The translations under genes were made by a program, and so were the position numbers. The notes beneath the pieces are model-generated. The model ran no database searches. It was given only the letters and a program-made list of their open reading frames with translations, and was not told where the DNA came from. Positions 36,229 through 48,400 of a stretch of DNA of 64,000 nt are shown one piece after another; position 1 is the stretch's first letter; each line of letters opens with the position of its first letter. The DNA comes from Candidatus Uhrbacteria bacterium (GTDB lineage: Bacteria > Patescibacteriota > Patescibacteriia > UBA9934 > GWF2-40-263), in contig JACPHT010000007.1 in assembly GCA_016188475.1 (NCBI GenBank), forward strand, positions 80,467 to 144,466, given 5' to 3'.

Positions 36229-37512
36229 TTACATCATTTTCTTTCTGATAAATGCTGGGATTTCAATTTCTTCTTCTTCTGTTTGCGCCTTTACTGACAC
36301 GGAATTTTTGTTAATTTGTTTATGTTCTATTTTTGGTTCTGGCTGTTTTATTGCAATAGGTTCTTGATGTTGCTCTGCTGGTTTATGGGAAAAACGTGGC
36401 GATGGAGCAGTAGCTTTGTGAATGGATTGATGTATTGCGGTCGGCTGTTCATCACGCTCACGAACGCGCAAGAAAGAATTCGGCGACCACATTCCTTGCG
36501 CTTGAACTTCAACAGCTCCTGGTGATGTTGCGCGACGTTCACGAGAATCAAAACCTGTTGCTACAACAGTGATTCTAATTTCATCATCAAGATCATCATT
36601 GATGTTTGCACCGAAAATAATTTTCGCGTCTTCATCTGCTGATCCTGTGATGACTTTGGCGGCTTCTGCAACTTCATGCATACCCAAATCACTTCCACCT
36701 GAAATTGTAAATAGAATTCCTTTGGCACCATCGATCGAGAGTTCAAGCAATGGGCTCGCAATAGCCTGTTTTGCCGCTTCTACGGCTCTGTTTTCTCCTG
36801 ATGCACGACCGATCCCCATCAAAGCAGAACCTGACAATTCCATTATAGCTTTCACGTCGGCGTAATCAACATTGATAAGTCCAGGAATTGTAATGAGTTC
36901 AGCGATTCCTTTGACACCTTGGCGCAACACATCGTCAACAACAGTGAACGCTTCCATAAGCGATGTTTTTTTGTCGATAATCTGCAAAACTCTGTCATTT
37001 GGAATCGTAATAATTGCGTCAACGTGCTGAAGTAATTTATCAAAAGCCTCTTCTGCGATTCGTCTTCGTTGCGCGCCTTCAAATGTAAATGGTTTTGTTA
37101 CAACAGCAACAGTGAGGGCACCCATATCCTTTGCAAGTTTTGCAACTTCAGGACTTCCTCCAGAGCCAGTTCCGCCTCCAAGTCCGCAAGTCAAAAACAC
37201 CATATCAGAACCATTGAGCGCATCGCGAATTTCATTTTGATTTTCTTCAGCGGCTCGAGCGCCAATATCTGGATTCATTCCTGCACCAAGTCCGCGAGTG
37301 ATGGTCTTTCCTATTGCAATTTTTTTTGGCGCAAGATTTTGGTTCAGATCCTGCACGTCAGTATTGATCGCAATAAACTCAACACCCTTAATGTTGTCAC
37401 AGATCATCCGATTAATCGCCGCTCCTCCTCCTCCTCCGATTCCAATGACTTTAATTTTCGCAAATGTTTCTATGTCAGGTTTAACTTGTGCCATATTTTG
37501 GGACATCCGCAA
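36229..37512 (-). CDS. ftsZ: cell division protein FtsZ
   Basis: GGGTGSG tubulin signature; IKVIGIGGGGGAAINRM. Confidence 0.9.
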   Translation of the reverse strand: MRMSQNMAQVKPDIETFAKIKVIGIGGGGGAAINRMICDNIKGVEFIAINTDVQDLNQNLAPKKIAIGKTITRGLGAGMNPDIGARAAEENQNEIRDALNGSDMVFLTCGLGGGTGSGGSPEVAKLAKDMGALTVAVVTKPFTFEGAQRRRIAEEAFDKLLQHVDAIITIPNDRVLQIIDKKTSLMEAFTVVDDVLRQGVKGIAELITIPGLINVDYADVKAIMELSGSALMGIGRASGENRAVEAAKQAIASPLLELSIDGAKGILFTISGGSDLGMHEVAEAAKVITGSADEDAKIIFGANINDDLDDEIRITVVATGFDSRERRATSPGAVEVQAQGMWSPNSFLRVRERDEQPTAIHQSIHKATAPSPRFSHKPAEQHQEPIAIKQPEPKIEHKQINKNSVSVKAQTEEEEIEIPAFIRKKMM

Positions 37513-37777
37513 AAATCGCGATCTTTCGTCTCACGGGGCCCAACCACCACCTCAACGTAGCTATCGCTACGTCTCGGAGGTTGGTTTCCCCGTTCAACGA
37601 AATCTCATTAAGTTTTGCAAATGTCTTGATTTATAAATTTCTAAATCATTGAACACATATTGTGTTCAAATTCTGCTTACTTGAGCACAAAAATTCATTA
37701 ACACTTTAAGTGTCGCTCAAAAGAATGTCAAGAAAATAAAAAAGAGGTTGTGCACAACCCCTTCTTGACTCATGTCT

Positions 37778-39040
37778 TCAAGGTTTTATCGACTTAAACA
37801 ACTTCTTCAAACCACTTGTAACTTTTCCCATGTTTCCACCAAATGACTTAAAAATCTTTCCAAAGTTTCCATTCCCCTTTGTTCCACGAATGTTGTATCC
37901 CCACAAAACAAGACCGATCGCAGTACTCAAACCAGGATCGTTTGCTCGATCAATAACAGACGTTATACCAATTGCGTTCCCCAATGAAACAGGAAGACGC
38001 AAAGTTGCTTTTGCCGCTTCAGACATTCCTGAAAGTTTCGCTCCAGCCCCTGTCAAAATTACTCCCGCTGGCAACATTCCAGATCTTTCGACTTTCTTTA
38101 ATTCTTTATCAACATGTTCAAAAATTTCCTGTGCGCGGGCCTGTGTGATATCAGCGATAAATTTGCGACCGACAATTTCATCTTCAGGCGCGCCAAGTTC
38201 TGCTAAATTTATTTCGTCTTTTTTGTTTACTTCTTCAGGTGTGCACGTTGCATAACGAAGCTTAACTTGTTCAGCAACATCAATCGAAGTTCTAAGGCCA
38301 ATCGCAATATCCGATGTGATGTGATCGGATCCGATTGGTAAAACAGAGGTGTGAAGCACGTCACCTTCTTCATAAACAACCAAAGAAGTTGTTGACGCAC
38401 CTATATTTACAACACAAACTCCCAATTCCTTTTGTCTGTCTGACACAACCGCTTCTGCTGTTGCAAGAATCGAAAACACCAAATCTTCGATGTTCATTCC
38501 GGTTCGATATACTGCCTTTGTTAAATTTTTTATTTGTGAACCAAGACCTTGAATTATAAGCGCGTCAACCTCGAGACGAATGCCATTCATTCCAACAGGA
38601 TCTTTCACTCCACGCTGACCATCAACAATAAAACTTTTTGGAATAACGTGAATGATTTCGTAATTTGTCGGAGTTGCAACAGTTCTCGCGGCTTCGATCG
38701 CTCGTTCGACATCTTCTTCGCGAATTTCTCCATCGCTTCTTCCAACTCCGATAACACCTCTTGATTCTTGTGAAATTATATGACCGCCACTTATTCCAAC
38801 CCAAGCAGAATTTATCGGGACTCCAGTTATTCTTTCTGCTTGCTCAAGCGCGCGAGAAACCGAAGAAACTGCATCTTCCAAATTAGTTATTGTTCCTTTA
38901 TTTACACCACTTGATGGAACTTCAACAGCTCCGATGATGTGCATCTGCTCTTTTCCGTCTGAAGTCGGAACAAGCTTCCCAACCGCCACTCGAACAGCAT
39001 GTGAACCAACATCAAGTCCTGTATAGATTTCTTCGGTCAT
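37778..39040 (-). CDS. ftsA: cell division protein FtsA
   Basis: Actin-like ATPase; LDVGSHAVRVAVG; sits upstream of ftsZ. Confidence 0.85.
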   Translation of the reverse strand: MTEEIYTGLDVGSHAVRVAVGKLVPTSDGKEQMHIIGAVEVPSSGVNKGTITNLEDAVSSVSRALEQAERITGVPINSAWVGISGGHIISQESRGVIGVGRSDGEIREEDVERAIEAARTVATPTNYEIIHVIPKSFIVDGQRGVKDPVGMNGIRLEVDALIIQGLGSQIKNLTKAVYRTGMNIEDLVFSILATAEAVVSDRQKELGVCVVNIGASTTSLVVYEEGDVLHTSVLPIGSDHITSDIAIGLRTSIDVAEQVKLRYATCTPEEVNKKDEINLAELGAPEDEIVGRKFIADITQARAQEIFEHVDKELKKVERSGMLPAGVILTGAGAKLSGMSEAAKATLRLPVSLGNAIGITSVIDRANDPGLSTAIGLVLWGYNIRGTKGNGNFGKIFKSFGGNMGKVTSGLKKLFKSIKP

Positions 39041-39067
39041 ACGAATAAATGAAGTATAACTCGTCTA

Positions 39068-39424
39068 TTAAAACAAACGCAAGGAAAAAATAATCACACC
39101 AATCACGAGCGCGACCAAAGACATGAGTAAAACAGTTGCCGCCATGATGTCCTTAATGTCACGAACGATTGGGTGAATTCTTGGCTTGAAAGTGTCAACG
39201 ATGCGTTCAAAAACGCTGTTGATAAGTTCTAGGGTTAGCACAAGACCGATCAAAAGCAAAAGAACTATCCATTCAAAAACGCTTACTCTAAACCAAATTG
39301 CAAACAAAACTATTGCAACAGCGGCGAACGATTGTAAACGAAAACTTTGTTCATTTTTGAACACAACTCTCACACCTCGAAGCGCGTGAGAAAAACTTTT
39401 TATTAGACGGCTAACGCTTATCAT
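39068..39424 (-). CDS. dgkA: diacylglycerol/undecaprenol kinase DgkA family
   Basis: 118 aa, 3 TM, ELINSVFERIVD motif. Confidence 0.8.
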   Translation of the reverse strand: MISVSRLIKSFSHALRGVRVVFKNEQSFRLQSFAAVAIVLFAIWFRVSVFEWIVLLLLIGLVLTLELINSVFERIVDTFKPRIHPIVRDIKDIMAATVLLMSLVALVIGVIIFSLRLF

Positions 39425-39833
39425 ATAACTGGTTCAAAATTTTTGTCTGCAATGAAAACATTTTTTTCGCATCTTTTGACGTTTGATGATCATATTCAAA
39501 AAGATGCAACAGCCCGTGAACAATCAAAAACGAAATTTCATCTCGAGCTCCTCGCCCTGCTTCCTTTGCCTGTTTTTTTGCTTGCGAATATGAAATAAGA
39601 ATCTCTCCACTATTTTTTTCAAGAGAAAAAGATAGAACGTCTGTTACTGAATCTTTTCCCCTGTAAACACGATTCGCAAAACGGATTGTTTTATTGTTTA
39701 CAAACGCGATTGATGCTTCGTAGTTTTTCGCTTTAACAAATCTTCCAACAACACGCAAAATCTTTTCAAGTGCGACTTGCGGAAACCGTTCCCCACCTTT
39801 AAGCAAAGCTTGATTCAATTCAGCGCGAATCAT
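39411..39833 (-). CDS. ybeY: rRNA maturation endoribonuclease YbeY
   Basis: HGLLHLFEYDH zinc-binding motif. Confidence 0.85.
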   Translation of the reverse strand: MIRAELNQALLKGGERFPQVALEKILRVVGRFVKAKNYEASIAFVNNKTIRFANRVYRGKDSVTDVLSFSLEKNSGEILISYSQAKKQAKEAGRGARDEISFLIVHGLLHLFEYDHQTSKDAKKMFSLQTKILNQLYDKR

Positions 39834-40822
39834 AATACGACTTCTTTCAAGCTATTGATTATCATCTGAAAAGTCTGCACATAATCAACAGTGGTTTTTG
39901 TAGAAACATCGTATTTGAACGATAAAACTTTGGTTCCAATAACTACTATCGCGGATCTCTTATCTTGGGTCGTGTAAAATTCCTTCCCTGTCTTGGTTGT
40001 GGTTTTTACAACATTTTCCTGTCCGCCTTGTTCTTCAATCCAATTTGAAATTGTTTGCGAAAACGCTTCTTGAGTTTGAGAAATAACACTGACAGCAAAA
40101 GTTTCACCAGTTGTAGTAATAATTGAAACTGATAAATTTTCACCGGCTTGTGTTTCCCAAATTGATGGATACATCAACTCAATGTTTGGCTGAATTGTTG
40201 TTCTTGAAACAAAACCGGCTTCGAGCAATGTTCCAGGGGATTTGGCACTCGGGTTGTAAAGATGAAACACTTCGTTACCATCCAAAAATCCATCAAGGTC
40301 AGTGTCTGGAAGATTCGGATTTGTTTTATAAATTATTGTTTCTTCAATATCTGTTAATCCATCTGAATCTGAATCTTTCCCTGGAACAATTTCATTTGTA
40401 AACGGACTTTCAACTGCTGGTTCGGGTTCTGGCTCCGGTGCTGGTATTGGCTCTGGTTCAGGACGCGGTGTTGGTTGTGTTTCTGAAGTTGGCTTGATTT
40501 GACTTTCAGTTTTTGGTTGAGATGTTCGCAAAAGGATATATCCTACAACAATCAAAGCAAGAAGAATTACAGCTCCGGCAATAAGCAATGCTTTTGTTGA
40601 TGACGAAAATTCCTTTTTAACCTGTAATATCGGAACTGATTTTGGAAGTGGTTGAGATGTCGCCGGAGAAATAGGCGACGATGACGGTTTTTGTTGAATT
40701 TTTGGTTCAACAACTTTTGTTTCTTTGCCATGACGATATTGCTCGGGCATCGTAAAAATCCTCGCGTCCGGTATCGCTTTTTTCTGTTCTTGATTTTCTA
40801 TTTTCAATTGTGTTTCCTGCAT
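39830..40822 (-). CDS. membrane-anchored Pro-rich protein with TSP3-like Ca-binding motifs (DSDSDGLTDIEE, DTDLDGFLDGNE)
   Basis: TM helix ALLIAGAVILLALIVVGYIL. PEPEPIPAPEPEPEP linker. D-x-D-x-DG-x-x-D-x-x-E loops. Confidence 0.6.
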   Translation of the reverse strand: MQETQLKIENQEQKKAIPDARIFTMPEQYRHGKETKVVEPKIQQKPSSSPISPATSQPLPKSVPILQVKKEFSSSTKALLIAGAVILLALIVVGYILLRTSQPKTESQIKPTSETQPTPRPEPEPIPAPEPEPEPAVESPFTNEIVPGKDSDSDGLTDIEETIIYKTNPNLPDTDLDGFLDGNEVFHLYNPSAKSPGTLLEAGFVSRTTIQPNIELMYPSIWETQAGENLSVSIITTTGETFAVSVISQTQEAFSQTISNWIEEQGGQENVVKTTTKTGKEFYTTQDKRSAIVVIGTKVLSFKYDVSTKTTVDYVQTFQMIINSLKEVVL

Positions 40823-40867
40823 AATATTCCCTTACCACTTTCACCCTTTCTCCCTTGTTTTTTATCC

Positions 40868-41482
40868 TTAACTTCCTGCTGGAACTTCCAATAACTTCCC
40901 TGGTCCGTTTGGGTCGTATCCGGCTTTCACTTCATTTCCATCCAAAAACCCATCGCCATCTGAATCTGAATTCAAAGGGTTTGTTCCATAAACTTCAAGC
41001 TCTTCACGATCAAACAAAAAGTCTCCGTCAGTATCTGAACTTTTTGGACTTGTGCCAAGTTGAGCTTCTTGCAAATCAGAGAGTCCATCTTTGTCTGTGT
41101 CAACTTCAGGTTGTACAATTTCAGGCGCTGGTTCTGTTTCAATAGCGGATGATGGTTGCTGTGTTTCTGTTTTGGTTGTTTCTTCAGCTCCAGGTTCTTG
41201 TGGAGTTACTGGAGTTCGGGAGCTTAAAATTCGCCATGAAATTAAAAATGCTCCGCCGATTACAACCAAAATCGCGAGAATAATAATTATTGTTTTTATG
41301 TGGCTCCCACTACCGCCTGAAGATTGTTTTTGCAATGGTTCTACAGATGGAGAAACTGATTGAACCACTGGCTGAACTGCCGGTTGAACTGTTTGCTGAG
41401 CAGTAGGCGGAGCCACATGAGGCGCGGCCTCATCTGTTTTTTCAAAAATGTCTTCAGTGGGTTTTTGCAAATCTTCAAACAT
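40868..41482 (-). CDS. paralogous membrane-anchored protein with TSP3-like motifs
   Basis: DTDKDGLSDLQE, DTDGDFLFDREE, DSDGDGFLDGNE; TM helix IIIILAILVVIGGAFLI. Confidence 0.6.
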   Translation of the reverse strand: MFEDLQKPTEDIFEKTDEAAPHVAPPTAQQTVQPAVQPVVQSVSPSVEPLQKQSSGGSGSHIKTIIIILAILVVIGGAFLISWRILSSRTPVTPQEPGAEETTKTETQQPSSAIETEPAPEIVQPEVDTDKDGLSDLQEAQLGTSPKSSDTDGDFLFDREELEVYGTNPLNSDSDGDGFLDGNEVKAGYDPNGPGKLLEVPAGS

Positions 41483-41521
41483 AGGTTTTTGGTGTTAGGT
41501 TTTGGGTTTTGAAAAAAATAA

Positions 41522-42319
41522 TTACTTTAATTTTCCAGCGCCGTTTGGATTATAACCTGCGGCAATTTCTTGGCTGTCACTATATCCATCTCCATCAGTA
41601 TCAGCTTTGTATTGATCAGTGCCGTACAATTTTTCTTGCGTATTATCCAGATCGTCAAAATCCGGATCATCCACCAAAATCCATTCTTCCTTGCACAATA
41701 CAATTCGGTCTTCGTCAATTAATTTATCACAAATCCGTGAATCTTGTTTTTGATTCGCCTCTTTAACAACGATCAAAAGTTCACATTCAGACGGATTTTT
41801 TCCAAGCGAAGCGCAATTTTCCGCTGTGATAGGCTCTAAACCGTAGTGGCATCCTGATCGTTTGTTCTCGTTTTGTATTTTATCACACAACTTCACATTT
41901 TGAGCAGAAACTGCCAGAGCATAATTCACACTGTCCGAGCAAAGTCTTTTCCATTCTTCGTTAACGATATTTTCACAAACCGAAATATCTTTTTTATCAA
42001 CTCCAAGTTCCCAAACGCAAGAGTCGTAACTTTTGTCTGTTAAGCCTTCACAAAACAAAACATTTCCGGTTTGCGAAGCGAGTTTTTGCATTTGTTGTTG
42101 TACGCATTCTTGTTTGTTTACTGCTGATTCACACGTCTGTTCAATCGCGGCGCGCTGATTTTCGACTTGCTTTGTTTGCAATGCCGTGTCATTTCTTCCG
42201 ATGATCAATCGAATCGCTCCAATCACCAAAAACACAGCAATTAAAACTCCGCCAGCGATAATCACCACAGGTTTCCAAGAAATTTGTTTTTGTTCGGATG
42301 GATAGTCTGAGAAAGGCAT
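41522..42319 (-). CDS. paralogous membrane-anchored Cys-rich protein with C-terminal TSP3-like motif
   Basis: Start set at MPFSDYP. The ORF-track N-terminal 42 aa are MITE-encoded. DTDGDGYSDSQE near the C-terminus. Confidence 0.55.
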   Translation of the reverse strand: MPFSDYPSEQKQISWKPVVIIAGGVLIAVFLVIGAIRLIIGRNDTALQTKQVENQRAAIEQTCESAVNKQECVQQQMQKLASQTGNVLFCEGLTDKSYDSCVWELGVDKKDISVCENIVNEEWKRLCSDSVNYALAVSAQNVKLCDKIQNENKRSGCHYGLEPITAENCASLGKNPSECELLIVVKEANQKQDSRICDKLIDEDRIVLCKEEWILVDDPDFDDLDNTQEKLYGTDQYKADTDGDGYSDSQEIAAGYNPNGAGKLK

Positions 42320-42354
42320 AGAAGAAAAGGAGAGGCATTTTCGTTTTTTAATGT

Positions 42355-42422
42355 CCCTTCGACTTCGGCAATTATTGCCTGAGCCTGTCGAAGGCCGTAA
42401 TTGCCTTCGCTCAGGGAATAAT
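42355..42422. mobile_element. MITE-like element family A
   Basis: cccttcgacttcggcaattattgcctgagcctgtcgaaggc...gccttcgctcagggaataat. Confidence 0.75.
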
Positions 42423-42429
42423 ATGCTTA

Positions 42430-45400
42430 TCAAGGCACAGGACAATACTCAAATGTGATATTAGAAAAATTCATTGTTCCGGTTCCGTTGAAGATTGTCT
42501 GAATCGGCATCAAGGTTTGCTTGTTCTGACACGCGAAAGTTTCAGGCAAAGGCAATTCAACATTTTGACCGACAGGAGTAATGGAAGTTTCTGAACTTGA
42601 TTCTGTTCCCTTTGTCGCAGTAACTGTTGTTTTTGATTCCAAAACGGATTCGATTATTTTGTTATACATTCCCTTGATTCCGTCAGCCGTTGTAGCTTGA
42701 TATGCAAAGTTTCCTTCCGTGCAATCATTTTTGTCTGCCATTTCTTTACCTGCACATTTCAAACTAGACAAATGTTCCATGTAGGCAATTTGAGTTGTGT
42801 TATCAGATATAACTGCGGAATAAAAAGTGATGTCGCCTGACTTTATGTGATCAAAAATCATTCCGTCTGCATAACGAGCTTCTGCAATACAAGCCTCTGT
42901 TCCTTCATACGGGACCCATATTCCATCTTCCTTGTTGTAATTTTTTTTGTTGTCCCCAATCATTTTATTACACTTAAGTTTATCATCATTGTCATTTATA
43001 ATTGCTTTTTCTGGAGGATACTTACTGTAATCGCCCAAAGCGTGATTCGCTTCTCCGTCTGCTAATAAAATTACAAACTTTTGATTTTCCGGCGCTGATT
43101 GTTCATCAAGAATCTTTATGGCTTTTTGGATCGCGGAACCAGTCAAAGTCCAACCTCCAAAATTGTCTTTGTATGTGTCAATGATATTTTTAAGTGTTTC
43201 TTTGTTTCCAGGATTGTTCGGCACTAAACTCGTCTCAAGCTCTGGATGAAGCGCAATCACGTCGTCTTGAACATTGTGATTGTAGTCAACACCATATCCG
43301 TAAGTCACCAAACCGATTCTAATTTTTCCGTCAGTGCCTTGGTACGCATCATACAAGTCATCAATGGCTTGTTTTGCCGCTTCTGTCACAATATCAATTC
43401 GACGGTTTGGCGCACTTGCACTTTTTCCGTCTGGACCAAGTTTCATTGTTCCAGTTAAATCCGTCACAAACACAATATCAATGTTCGGTTCAGTCACGTT
43501 TGAATTATCAATGTTTGCCGTAATCTTTGTGCCAACACTGCAAGCAGGCAAAAGCAAAACAGCATTATCAGGCGATAATTTTTCTTTGTTGAAATAACTG
43601 TACAGATCAACACTTGGAAGCGGTTGAGCGCCGGAAAGTTCGCTTTGCACCAAAATTCCTGTTTTCTTCAGAGTGAACGGACACGAGCCAGAACAATCGC
43701 TCGCGCAAACAGGCGCTACGCACTGGCTGTCTGTTCCGCAAACGAATTTGTTTGCAGATGCGTTGTATTCCGCTGGTGTTTTGTTTGGTGGTTGAAGTGT
43801 ACACGGTTTGCCGTTATTAGCACCGCCATTACAAACACCCAAATATTGGCATGTGTATCCAGCACTGCAAGCGCCTGTCGGGCCTAATTTAAGCGCGTCA
43901 GATTTCGAACAATTTCCGGCTTTTACAGGTTCTGCTCCAGTATCATAATTAAAACACCAATACGGCTGATCATTACCATCACAAAATTCATTTCCGTTTT
44001 TAATTCCATCACCGCAATACGAACCGGACAAAGTCTTGTACTGACATTGCCAATTGCAATAATTACATGTGTTATCGTATGAAGCCTCGCAAGGATTCAA
44101 ATCGTTTGGCCCAACATTATCTATTCCGTTGTCGCACGCCTCAACTCCGCTATAAACATATTCATCGCCGCAAAAATTTTTCTTACAACCGTTTGTACAA
44201 CTGTCATTGTTAGATTTATTTCCATCGTCGCATTCTTCAGTTCCTTCTATTTTTCCATTACCGCAAACTTGATCCCCGCCTTGACAGGAAGAAAAACCGG
44301 GCCATGAACAATCGTTTTTACAAACGCGAGTTCGAGTGAGTTCGTATGTGAAATCTGAACATTTCTTGCTGCCACATTGGGCGTTGTTTGAACATGGAGT
44401 TCCGATATCATCTACACCCAAACATTTCGAGTTGTTACATTTTCCGCTTTCGCATTGATTATTATTGCCACACTGTTTCCCAACGTCTTTTGCTTCAACA
44501 CAAACTTTACTGCTTCCGCATGCTTGTTTTTGATTGCCACCACCGCAAGCTCCTGACGGACAATCGCTGTCAGTTTCGCAAGTTGTTTTATTATCAGTAC
44601 AAAGTTTCCCGGCCCATTGTTGTGACCCACCATCACACTCTTCCGGCCCGTTCACAATTTTGTCTCCGCATGAAAGCCCTGGTTGCTTACAATCGTACGT
44701 GCAAGTTTTACCCGGATCGTCACCATATTGCCCATTTGAAGACTCGCATGAATTTATCTTTGCCCAGCTCTGATTTCCAAGCGACGCAAAATTTTCAATT
44801 GAACCGCAATCGCATTGTTCACCACCTGCCAAATATCCATCTCCACACAAAAACGCTTTTGTAAATGTACAATCAGAACCGCAATGTCCGTAAGTTCCGT
44901 TTTGCGCTCCATCATCACATATTTCGCTTCCTTCAAGAACTCCGTTACCGCACGCAAAATCGATCTTAGGAGAACCAGCGGCTTGTGCTTCAGCAACAGT
45001 TTGATAATTTGAACAATCATCTTTACAAGAAACATTCACATATCCGTCAGAAAGATATTCCGCTTTGACTTGTCCTGGCTCGCAGGTTTCATTTTGTCCC
45101 ACAACTCCGTCTCCGCACACAGCTGAAATTCCCCAGCTTGCAGTGTCAGCGCAGAAAAGTGGATTTGAAACAAACCCTTTCGGAACTGCGGCAAGTCCGC
45201 TTAAGTATTCAGCGACAACTGTCACATCGTCTGTGTCAAATTGATCTATTGCAAAATTCCAAGGCGAATCACCGTATTCCAATTGAGTAAACAATTTGTA
45301 TTTTTCTCCGTATTTATTTTGATAACCATAAACATGCGATCCTTTTGGACAAACAAATTTTCCTTGCAATCCATTGAAGCAAGTCAATGGATCGAAGCCC

Positions 45401-48400
45401 TCGCCCTGCGACTTGCAACCTTGCCAGAACTCATCGATCGGATCTTTGGGTAATGTTGAACCAACCGCGTTTGATAAAACCGCGTTCCATGATTCCCATT
45501 TGCTTACACTCATTGCAGGAACATACGTTCCTTGTTGAACTTCAGGATATCCTTCAACACATGATTCAGTTCCAGGACACTGTGAGTCTGTTGAGCAACC
45601 TTGATTTTTTGTAACTGAACAATGTTTGTTTTGTGATCCATATTTGTTCAAAGCGGAAATTGTTGTTGTGATATCTGTCAATCTCTGCATGTCGTTTTGT
45701 AATTTTGATTTGTCATTATCACAAAACGCATTCTTAGCTGACGCGAGTGGACATTCAGCCGCTGACGCTGGTTTATTTTTTGTGATTGTACACTCATCGT
45801 TCTCAAACGTTTCCAAACATTCTCCATCCCAAGCGCAGTTTATAAAATCTCCTTCATCATTTTGTACATAAGAATTTCCGATCTTGCACAAACCAACATT
45901 ACTCACCTCTGTTGTGTTCGCGTTAAATTTCCAGTGATCAAAAATCTGCGCAAAAATTTCTTTGGCATCAGCTCCGGCGTTTGGATTATATGAAACAACG
46001 TAAATGTTTGGATAAATTACATTTCCATTTTTGTTCGCGGCAGTAATATAAGCTGTGTTTCCTGATTGAATAGCTTGATATCCGTCTATTTCTAATTCCT
46101 TGTAAGTTCCAGTAAATTTTTGCGACTCAAACCAAGCTATTGGTGAAAGATAATTTGGATTTTGAAACACGCGCACACCAATCGCGTCAGGAGTGCCTTG
46201 TACTTTGAAGAAAAGTTCTTGTAAAAGTCCGGCAGTCGCGACAGAAGTTACATCAACCGGATCAGCAAGCGAAGGAAGATCATCTGTTGTTCCATCTAAG
46301 CCGCGATCTCTACAATAATAGAAACCAAAGTTAGATGGTTTTGTTGGGTCTGTTTTTTCAATGTATGGAAATCCGAGTGTGGAATTCAAAGCAGGCCATG
46401 GATTTTCGCAAACAAGAGCCGTAACCTCAAGCGATCCCGATGTCTGCTTTCCAGATGTTGTTGGAACATTAAATGTGTCTTTGTTAATTTTCGCAGTCGC
46501 TATTACATGTTCAAGTCCATTATTGCCGACAGATGAAAATTTTGACTTTTCAAGTTTACCGATATCGCCATTTGCAAGATCAACTATATTTTCGGACTTG
46601 CCAGTTGCGTATGAAGAACCCCAATCCCAAGTCCACGAGTAACTTAATGTTGTGTTGATCGGCTCATAAACTCCGAGCCCGTCGCGATATGTTAAAGCCT
46701 GCGCTTCAAACTCGTGCGTTTCATCTTTCTTTGAAAAGAAACCTGAACTTGCTGATTCATATTGTTGTTTATTGACTTTTCCGTTGTCTGCAACACTCAC
46801 TGAATCAAGCAAACATACTTGTGATCCGATTTTGAATTGATTTGTTGTTGAACCGAATTCGCACGTATTTCCAATACACAAACCAACTCCGTTTTCGCTT
46901 AAAACTCCAAAAGGTGTTCCGTCTGAAGTGTTTTTGTCACCGACAATTATTAGCTGATATTCTGAATCTTTTTCCAAAAGATCGTTGTATTCAAGCACGA
47001 TTTTTTGACCGCCGGATATGTCAACGGTTTTGAAAGTCACAGGCGCAAGACATTTATTCCCAGCGGCTGAAACATCTTTTCCAAACAAATTCCAAAATCC
47101 ATTTTTCAAAACACTCCAAATTTTCGCAAACAAGCCTGAAGGCGCTTCTCCGCTTGTTACAAATTGATAGTTCGACGGACAAAGAGACGGGTTGGCATAA
47201 ATGTACTTTCCGTTTTTTGCAAACAGCTCAAGTCTGATATTTGAAATTTCTCCGTTGTCAATCTTTCCATTGTTGTTTTTGTCAACAGCGCCAAATGTTT
47301 TTGGATCCATTTTCTGATCAAACTGAACTGACACTGCTGTGTTTCGACAATATCCCTGATTTCCTGGACCGTTTCCAGACGGCGGTTGATAAGGCGGTTT
47401 CTTCTTCGGACGCACAAAACAACAACTTCCTGATCCGCATCCGAGCTTTGTTGTATCTCCGCACGCCTGATCCGACTCGCACGAACAATCAACTTTCAAA
47501 GTCGCGTCACCTTTCACATTTTCTGCTTCAGCGGTGATAGTCGAAACAGCATAACCTGTTGTTTTATCAACTTCTTTTGGGGCATTGTTGTTGATTTGCG
47601 CCGCGGCATATCCGCCTATCGCAAGCGACTGACCGGCTGATACATCACATTCTTCGCTAGTTTGAATTTTACCATCGCCGCAAAATGACGGAGGGTCATA
47701 TTGCGCTGACGCGCCTTCATTCAAACACTTGGCGTTGCAACCATCGCCGGATTTATTATTGCCGTCATCGCACTCCTCTCCTTTTCCAATCTTGCTATCG
47801 CTACAAAATGACGGGGTTCCGTACTCTAATGAAGCGCCTTCGTCAAGACATTTTTCACTGCATCCGTCTCCTGAAACCGCATTGCCATCATCACAGTCTT
47901 CTCCAGATTCGACTTTTGAATTTCCGCATTTTGAAAAAACATTTTCTTTCGCGATCGCACCTTCAAACAAACATTGGCTTGAACAACCGTCACCGTTTTT
48001 TGTATTTCCGTCATCACAATCTTCACCTCCTGTTTGAGGTGAAAAGTCAACGGTTCCATCTCCACAAGTTGCGCCAACTGAAGACGAACCATTATTTAAA
48101 CATGTCGAGCCGCATCCGTCGCCTGAAACAGTATTCCCGTCATCGCATTGTTCTCCAGCGTCAACAATTTTATTTCCGCAAGTTAAAGACGATCCTTCTT
48201 TCAAACAACTTGAGGAACATCCGTCTCCAGAGTTTGTATTTTTGTCATCGCATTCTTCAGCTTCATTTTTTCCATCTCCGTTGTAATCGACAATTCCATC
48301 TCCGCAAACCGCTTGCGTGTGTTTAATTGTTGCGCCAGCATTCAAGCATTGCGATGTACACCACTCTGGAAGCGACGTTGCAAGTTCGATTGCTCCATTT

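Noticed and set aside
41522-42445. ORF-track N-terminal extensions containing PSTGSGN-like peptides (41522-42445, 15648-15854, 17697-17879, 61822-61959, 26485-26655)
   Set aside because: The extensions are translations of MITE family-A TIRs. Real starts were placed downstream at conserved N-termini.
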